64,000 nt of DNA, from NCBI RefSeq assembly GCF_009936135.1, contig NZ_CP047901.1, positions 344,984 through 408,983 on the forward strand. Reading direction: 5' to 3'. The translations under genes and the position numbers were made by a program. The notes below the pieces were generated by a model. The model worked only from the letters and a program-made list of their open reading frames with translations. It had not been told where the DNA came from and ran no database searches. Source of the DNA: Candidatus Chazhemtobacterium aquaticus. GTDB taxonomy: Bacteria; Patescibacteriota; Microgenomatia; UBA1400; Chazhemtobacteraceae. The first letter of the stretch is position 1; each line of letters opens with the position of its first letter. Below, in pieces: positions 58,594 to 64,000 of the stretch.

Positions 58594-59635
58594 AGATTAC
58601 ATCACCTTCTTTCACCTCTCCTTTGACCTCAACTCTCTCCTCCCCTTCAACTCCCACCTCTACCTTCACCTTCTTCCCGCCATCAAGTAACAAGAATCTC
58701 TCACCTTTTTCTGAGTTCACAAACCTTGGTGGTACATACAAAACATTACTAACCTGTTTACGAGTTAAGAAAACATCTCCAGTCATACCTACTCGAAATT
58801 TGTTCAAATCAACCTCTCCAAATCTAATCTTAACCTCATATACTGCCCCCACCTCACCGACTTTTGGAGCTAGGGCAATATACTCAATCTCTCCGATCAG
58901 TTCTTCGTCTGAAAATGCATCCAACCGAATCTTTGCTTCTTGGCCAATTTTCAAATCAACCACCTCAGTTTGATCAGCATTCACTGAGAAGTAAACACTC
59001 TCTGGATTGATCAACTCAATCTGACGCTCTGCCATAGTTGTGTTAACACCAGAATACGGATGAGTTACCGATACCACCACACCATCAAACGGTGCAACTA
59101 TGCCAGCATTTCGTAAATTTCTCTGTGCCATAACCACTCCCTCATAAGCTCTATCTTTTGCCACCTCAGCGGCAGTTCTTTTTTCTTTTGTCAAAAAATC
59201 CTCATCCTCATCGTTATTTTTTACCTCGTCATACACCCTTTCCAGCGTTGCCTCGGTTGCTCTTAAATTTGACAAGGCCTGTTGATATGCCGCATTTAGA
59301 CTAACAGTATCTAGTTTTGCCAATACCTGACCTTTCTTAACCCAATCACCTTCCTTGGCACCCATCCAAGCTACTTCACCAGCGGTTTGAAATACTAAAC
59401 TAGCATGCTCCTCAGCTTTAATTTGCCCTGTTAAAACCAACTCCTCGACCACCTCACCTCGCAAAACCATAGCTTTTTCAGTGTCATTCTCACCTCCCTG
59501 CCAAATCTTCCATCCAATCAAACTAACAATCGCTACTACCACCACCAACCACAACCATCGACGGCGGTTACCTTTTTTCTGATCAACTTTGCTTTCTTTC
59601 TTTGCCATAACAAATTTCAAAAGCAATTCTATCAC
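58586..59635 (-). CDS. HlyD/MacA-type periplasmic adaptor (membrane fusion protein)
   Basis: N-terminal TM, coiled-coil hairpin region, and beta-barrel/lipoyl-like blocks typical of RND/ABC efflux MFPs. Confidence 0.75.
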   Translation of the reverse strand: MIELLLKFVMAKKESKVDQKKGNRRRWLWLVVVVAIVSLIGWKIWQGGENDTEKAMVLRGEVVEELVLTGQIKAEEHASLVFQTAGEVAWMGAKEGDWVKKGQVLAKLDTVSLNAAYQQALSNLRATEATLERVYDEVKNNDEDEDFLTKEKRTAAEVAKDRAYEGVVMAQRNLRNAGIVAPFDGVVVSVTHPYSGVNTTMAERQIELINPESVYFSVNADQTEVVDLKIGQEAKIRLDAFSDEELIGEIEYIALAPKVGEVGAVYEVKIRFGEVDLNKFRVGMTGDVFLTRKQVSNVLYVPPRFVNSEKGERFLLLDGGKKVKVEVGVEGEERVEVKGEVKEGDVIYD

Positions 59636-59695
59636 TATTTAAAGCTAATTACACTTGCTTCAGCTCAAGATACCGCCTATATTATTACTAATCTC

Positions 59696-60103
59696 ATGAA
59701 ACATTTAGGGCCAGTCATAGTCCGTATTTCACTAATCACAGCCATTGTTATCACTGGATATCTGATCTACCAGTCTCCTTCTTTTTCAAACCAACTTAAA
59801 TCTCTTCTTTCCTCTCTTGGTAACAAGGCTTCAAGTTTAAACATCGGTGATAGTAATTTAGCTCTCACTTTTAAACAAAAACTCATCGATCAACAACCAA
59901 TCATCAACGAGAACTCTCAAAAAACCGCATCCCCCTCGACTGTTATGGGCACCTCTACTTCCGTAGTCACTCAACAAGCTAGGGACTTTATCTCTACTAC
60001 CACCCAAAAAGTTATGTCTGACCTTCAGTCCCTACCCAAAGAACAAGCTGCCGATCTGGTACGCCAAACATGTGATCAAATTATTAGCGAACTAGAACGC
60101 TAA
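59696..60103 (+). CDS. hypothetical membrane-anchored protein
   Basis: N-terminal TM. No motif. Confidence 0.4.
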   Translation: MKHLGPVIVRISLITAIVITGYLIYQSPSFSNQLKSLLSSLGNKASSLNIGDSNLALTFKQKLIDQQPIINENSQKTASPSTVMGTSTSVVTQQARDFISTTTQKVMSDLQSLPKEQAADLVRQTCDQIISELER

Positions 60104-60129
60104 ACATTTTCCCTGATAAAATACCATCC

Positions 60130-61215
60130 ATGATTCCCAGTTCTCTCTCAGGCCTCAAAGATCGCATTTCAGCTCTTGAATCAAAACTCAATCTAGTCAG
60201 TCTCAAAAAAAACCTCGATCATCTACGACAACAATCAGCCGACCCAAACCTCTGGGATAATGAGCATGAAGCCAAAAAAGTACTCCAAGATCTCTCCTAC
60301 ACGGAAGCCGTAATTCAAGACCTATCTAAACTAAACCAAGAATTAAGCGAACTCATCGACCTAGCCACTCTCGCTCAGCAAGAAGACGACCCAGAAAGCA
60401 TCTCCCAAGACCTAAATCGATTATCCAAGCAACTTGAATCAAAGATAAAAAAACTTGAATTATCTACTTACCTATCCGGTAAACTTGATAGGGTTCCTGC
60501 AATACTCTCAGTTCATGCGGGGCAAGGCGGCACTGAAGCTCAAGACTGGGCATCAATGCTTCTTCGCATGTACACCCGCTTTCTTGAAAAAAAGAACTGG
60601 CCACACAAGTTAATTGATCAATCACCTGGCGAAGAAGCCGGCATCAAATCGGCCACCTTGGAAATCAATCAGCCTTACGCTTACGGATACCTTAGACACG
60701 AATCAGGAACACATCGTCTTGTTCGCCAAAGTCCATTCAACGCTGATAACTTACGTCAAACCTCATTTGCTAGCGTAGAGGTTTTACCCCTGGTTGACGA
60801 AGATATCGATATTGACATCAAAGATGATGATCTAGAGGTTGAGTTTTATCGATCTGGAGGTCCTGGAGGCCAAAATGTCAACAAAGTCAACACCGCCGTC
60901 CGTCTTAAACACAAGCCTACAGGCATCGTTGTTGGCTGCCAAACTCAGCGTTATCAAGAACAAAATCGCAAACTTGCCCTCCAGATGCTCAAGGCCAAGC
61001 TCTGGGAAATTGAAGAAGCAAAAAGGAACGCAGAGCTTAAAAAAATTAAAGGAGATTATCATGTCGCAGGATTTGGTCACTCTATCCGTTCCTACGTCCT
61101 TCACCCCTACAAGCAAGTAAAAGACGTACGTACCAACCATACCTCAACCGACCCAGACACCGTTCTCGATGGTGACATAGACGGCTTTATTGAAGCCGAA
61201 CTAACTCAACTTTAA
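60130..61215 (+). CDS. prfB: peptide chain release factor 2, encoded in a single frame without the +1 frameshift site
   Basis: SPF tripeptide motif (RQSPFNA) and GGQ ([11 protein letters not shown]). No CTT TGA C shift site at the N-terminus. Confidence 0.85.
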   Translation: MIPSSLSGLKDRISALESKLNLVSLKKNLDHLRQQSADPNLWDNEHEAKKVLQDLSYTEAVIQDLSKLNQELSELIDLATLAQQEDDPESISQDLNRLSKQLESKIKKLELSTYLSGKLDRVPAILSVHAGQGGTEAQDWASMLLRMYTRFLEKKNWPHKLIDQSPGEEAGIKSATLEINQPYAYGYLRHESGTHRLVRQSPFNADNLRQTSFASVEVLPLVDEDIDIDIKDDDLEVEFYRSGGPGGQNVNKVNTAVRLKHKPTGIVVGCQTQRYQEQNRKLALQMLKAKLWEIEEAKRNAELKKIKGDYHVAGFGHSIRSYVLHPYKQVKDVRTNHTSTDPDTVLDGDIDGFIEAELTQL

Positions 61216-61236
61216 AAGCCTAATCACCACCAGCTT

Positions 61237-61797
61237 GTGATACACTTAAAACATTACTATCACAAGCTAGCTATGGCCGAACTCAAAAAACTCAACCTAA
61301 CCCAATCAAACTCCTCAAATCCCACTTCTCCAACTACTTCACCCACATCTCCAGCCACACCCTCACTACCCACCTCTATCAAACAAAAAGGACCATTAAT
61401 TGTAGTTTTGGTCATTCTTGCTGGGGTAGCCTCTGGATACGCCCTTAGCCAATTTTTTCCAAAAACAACCTCCACCAGTACTTTATCCCCCGCTAGCCAA
61501 GCTGACATTTCAAATGTTAAACCTGGTGATACTTTTGGTGTCGAGTCTGATGCTTTCTCAGATACTGCCGATGGCATTCTTGAGAAAGGTGGCATCAACG
61601 GTGAGGGTAGTCACAAACTAATCCGTCCCGGAGGTGAATCTCAAACTGTTTATCTAACCTCTTCCGTAGTCGATCTTGACGAACTCGTCGGTCATAAGGT
61701 CACTGTTTGGGGTGAGACTTTTGATGCTCAAAAAGCTGGTTGGCTAATGGATGTAGGCCGGGTCAAAGTTCTCGAATTAAATGCCTCAACAGAATAA
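61237..61797 (+). CDS. hypothetical secreted/membrane-anchored protein
   Basis: S/T/P-rich N-terminal segment then a TM. The start may be the internal Met at 61273. Confidence 0.45.
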   Translation: MIHLKHYYHKLAMAELKKLNLTQSNSSNPTSPTTSPTSPATPSLPTSIKQKGPLIVVLVILAGVASGYALSQFFPKTTSTSTLSPASQADISNVKPGDTFGVESDAFSDTADGILEKGGINGEGSHKLIRPGGESQTVYLTSSVVDLDELVGHKVTVWGETFDAQKAGWLMDVGRVKVLELNASTE

Positions 61798-61844
61798 TTA
61801 TCGATTGTCATACGTACCAACTTTAAGTTACACCATACTGCCCA

Positions 61845-62618
61845 ATGATCACTCTTGATCAAGTCACCAAAACATTTCTTACCGGCGAGACCGTACTTGA
61901 GGATGTCAATCTTGACATTAAACCAGGCGAATTTGTAGTTATCACCGGACCATCAGGATCTGGTAAGACCACTCTCCTTCGACTTATATACAAGGATCTT
62001 GACCCAACCAAAGGCACCATCACCATTAATGGTCAAGATATCACCAAACTATCCAAAAAAGCGATTCCTCAACTACGTCGTCACATCGGTTATGCTTTTC
62101 AAGACTTTAAGATTATTCCTGACCGCACTGTCTGGGAAAACATATCCCTAACTCTTGATATCTTAAGGATTGCTGACAAAGCTATTAATGATCGTGTTAA
62201 ACATCTTTTAGATCTTGTCGGTTTGCCAACTAAAGCACACCTTTTTCCAGGCCAACTATCAGGTGGAGAACTCCAACGCGTCTCGATTGCCAGAGCCATT
62301 GCTCACGAGCCGGATATCCTACTCGCAGACGAACCCACTGGCAATCTCGATCAAGAAGCTACTTACAAAATTGCCGAGCTACTCAAACAGATTAATAGTT
62401 TTGGTACCACTGTAATTCTGGCAACTCATGATCCGGGAGTGATTAAAAAAATCAATGCCAGATGCATTACCCTAGAAAACGGTAAGATTAAAAACGGATC
62501 AAGCAACAATCAGCCTTCAGTATCACCAAAGAAAGGCGACAAACAAAAGCACACAGATAAATCAACAGAAAACAAAAAAGATTCCCAAGAGAAATCAAAA
62601 TTAAAACAAGACAAATGA
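61845..62618 (+). CDS. ftsE: cell division ATP-binding protein FtsE with Lys-rich C-terminal tail
   Basis: GPSGSGKTTLLRLI, LSGGELQRVSIARAI and LADEPTGNLD. Confidence 0.85.
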   Translation: MITLDQVTKTFLTGETVLEDVNLDIKPGEFVVITGPSGSGKTTLLRLIYKDLDPTKGTITINGQDITKLSKKAIPQLRRHIGYAFQDFKIIPDRTVWENISLTLDILRIADKAINDRVKHLLDLVGLPTKAHLFPGQLSGGELQRVSIARAIAHEPDILLADEPTGNLDQEATYKIAELLKQINSFGTTVILATHDPGVIKKINARCITLENGKIKNGSSNNQPSVSPKKGDKQKHTDKSTENKKDSQEKSKLKQDK

Positions 62619-63526
62619 AAGTAATAAAAACCACTCTCCGACAGATCCGTCGCACCCCATATCAAGCCATCAGTGCAATCGCGGTTCTCACTGTAACATT
62701 TTTTGTTGGTACAATCTTTGCCCTAGTAGCATTTGGTTCACAAGTCATCTTGAAACACTTCGAAACGCGTCCTCAGGTCATTGCCTATCTTAAAGACGAG
62801 GTTACCCCAGAGATTTTAAACCCCCTCAAAAATCAGCTGGAATCTACCAATAAAACCGAGGAAGTTCGTTTCGTTTCCAAATCGGAAGCTCTGGCCATTT
62901 ACAAAGAAAGTGTTGGTGATGATCCACTGCTTCTAGGAACTATTACCGATCTATCTGCAGTTACAGCCGATATCCTCCCCGCATCATTAGAAATATCTGT
63001 CACCAACCCAGAGTACTTTCCTGAGATTGTCGAGATCTTAAAAAACTCTGATCTCGTAGACACTAACTCAAAGGGAGAAAAAGACATTGATTTTCCTCAG
63101 GATGTCGTTTCTGAACTTACAGCCTGGACAAAAGGTCTAAGGCTAGGAGGCCTTACTCTTATCATCGCTCTTTTATTTTCCTCGATTCTAACCATTACCA
63201 TCATCATCAGTATGAAAATCGGACACAGGCGCTTTGAAATCAGTACACTCAAATTGCTTGGCGCTAACAATAGCTATGTTGCCACCCCTTATATTCTCGA
63301 ATCCATTCTTTATTCATTTACTGGCGCCCTCTTTGGCTGGCTCTTCTCCTACATCGCTTTTCTTTATGCCACCCCATTTCTCGCACCAAGACTAGCCGGA
63401 ATTATCACTCTTCCCCCATCACCACTTTTTATGTTTGAAGTATTGATTGGAGCACTGCTCACCGCCCTGCTCCTGGGTCTTTTCTCTGGCTCACTAGCGG
63501 TCGGCCGCTTTTTATCTCGCCGATGA
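62615..63526 (+). CDS. ftsX: cell division permease-like protein FtsX
   Basis: FtsX topology: N-terminal TM, periplasmic domain and C-terminal 3 TM. ATGA-coupled to ftsE. Confidence 0.8.
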   Translation: MKVIKTTLRQIRRTPYQAISAIAVLTVTFFVGTIFALVAFGSQVILKHFETRPQVIAYLKDEVTPEILNPLKNQLESTNKTEEVRFVSKSEALAIYKESVGDDPLLLGTITDLSAVTADILPASLEISVTNPEYFPEIVEILKNSDLVDTNSKGEKDIDFPQDVVSELTAWTKGLRLGGLTLIIALLFSSILTITIIISMKIGHRRFEISTLKLLGANNSYVATPYILESILYSFTGALFGWLFSYIAFLYATPFLAPRLAGIITLPPSPLFMFEVLIGALLTALLLGLFSGSLAVGRFLSRR

Positions 63527-64000
63527 AAAAAGTATTCCTCTCTTTATTTATAGTTGTTTATCTTGCTTTATCGCACCATTCTGTTACCACCGCGATCGAT
63601 TGTGACGGAAATCTTCCAGATGATGAAGCGCAACTCAAGGAATATATAGCTGCTTGCGAGACTAAGGTAAGTGAACTTCGCACCGAGAAGCAATCTCTCA
63701 CCGCCGCCATCAGCCTTTTAAACTCAAAGATAAATTTAACCCAAGCGCAAATTCGCAATACCAATGCCCAAATCTCACAACTCACTGAAGAAATCGGGAC
63801 GTTAAGTGTCGTCATTGACGATCTAAACAACGAGCTCGATGCCCTAACTAAGGTATATCTTTCTCGAGTTCGAGAGGCATATAAAAACCGACACACCAAC
63901 ATCGCACTCTCTCTACTGTCTGACTCAGAACAAAACTTTCAGTCAAGGCTTAAATATCTGGAGACCACTCATAAACGTGACCAGATTATCATGCACGAAC
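63523..64000 (+). CDS. partial (3'-truncated by window edge) coiled-coil protein, EnvC-like activator candidate
   Basis: ATGA overlap with the ftsX stop. Signal peptide then heptad-rich coiled coil (LTAAISLLNSKINLTQAQIRNTNAQISQLTEEIG...). The ORF runs off the window. Confidence 0.45.
   Translation, partial: MKKVFLSLFIVVYLALSHHSVTTAIDCDGNLPDDEAQLKEYIAACETKVSELRTEKQSLTAAISLLNSKINLTQAQIRNTNAQISQLTEEIGTLSVVIDDLNNELDALTKVYLSRVREAYKNRHTNIALSLLSDSEQNFQSRLKYLETTHKRDQIIMHE

Noticed and set aside
60100-60200. Possible programmed +1 frameshift in prfB
   Set aside because: No CTT TGA C motif or upstream short ORF was found. RF2 reads through in one frame from its ATG.
63558-63902. Minus-strand 114-aa ORF at the window end
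   Set aside because: The plus strand carries an ATGA-coupled, signal-peptide plus coiled-coil ORF continuing from ftsX that explains the region better. The minus ORF is Cys/Ser/Arg-rich and antisense.
1-64000. CRISPR arrays, integrases, transposases, retron or DGR reverse transcriptases
   Set aside because: No spaced direct-repeat arrays and no recombinase or RT motifs were seen in any frame. The only tandem repeats are coding low-complexity tracts (Pro, PT-rich).

Overview
The window is a densely packed, mostly syntenic stretch of a low-GC (~43%) bacterial chromosome. Many core enzymes have reduced domain architectures: AspRS lacks the GAD insert, ProRS lacks the INS editing domain, the Rel homologue is short, MGMT is C-domain only, and pyruvate kinase is barrel-only. 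Together with many small secreted or membrane hypotheticals this suggests a reduced-genome Patescibacteria/CPR-like lineage, but that is inference only. The housekeeping backbone is rel, aspS, gltX, rarA, dtd, lon, lgt, proS, greA, serS, secA, dinB, nfo, prfB and ftsEX, plus two LMW-PBP DD-carboxypeptidases, a MacAB-like efflux operon, tRNA-Gln(CUG) and tRNA-Glu(CUC). Five accessory or atypical segments stand out. (1) A 10-gene, ~8.2 kb same-strand copper/thiol-redox operon at 18257-26489: CopZ, CopA, two unusual C-x-MGM cupredoxin-like domains, a CcdA-like thiol transporter, a rhodanese, two DUF1573-like domains, an ArsR-YHS regulator and a Met/His-rich protein. (2) A GC-rich (~60%) two-gene islet at 15592-17570 encoding a surface protein with 32 consecutive prolines. 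(3) An AT-rich (~33% GC) islet at 48081-50709 between secA and dinB, carrying an orphan receiver-domain protein, an unknown 241-aa protein, a decayed type I R-M HsdS fragment and a polytopic-membrane trypsin-like protease. This is a candidate decayed or novel defence/accessory module. (4) An extracytosolic flavinylation trio at 27127-29277: an RnfD/NqrB-like membrane protein, an FMN-binding lipoprotein with a D-x-x-SGAS flavinylation motif, and ApbE. (5) Three tandem GH130 domains at 8723-12204 and a DUF1704/MATCAP-like HExxH...EGLA metallopeptidase at 7673-8611. No CRISPR array, integrase or transposase was recognised.
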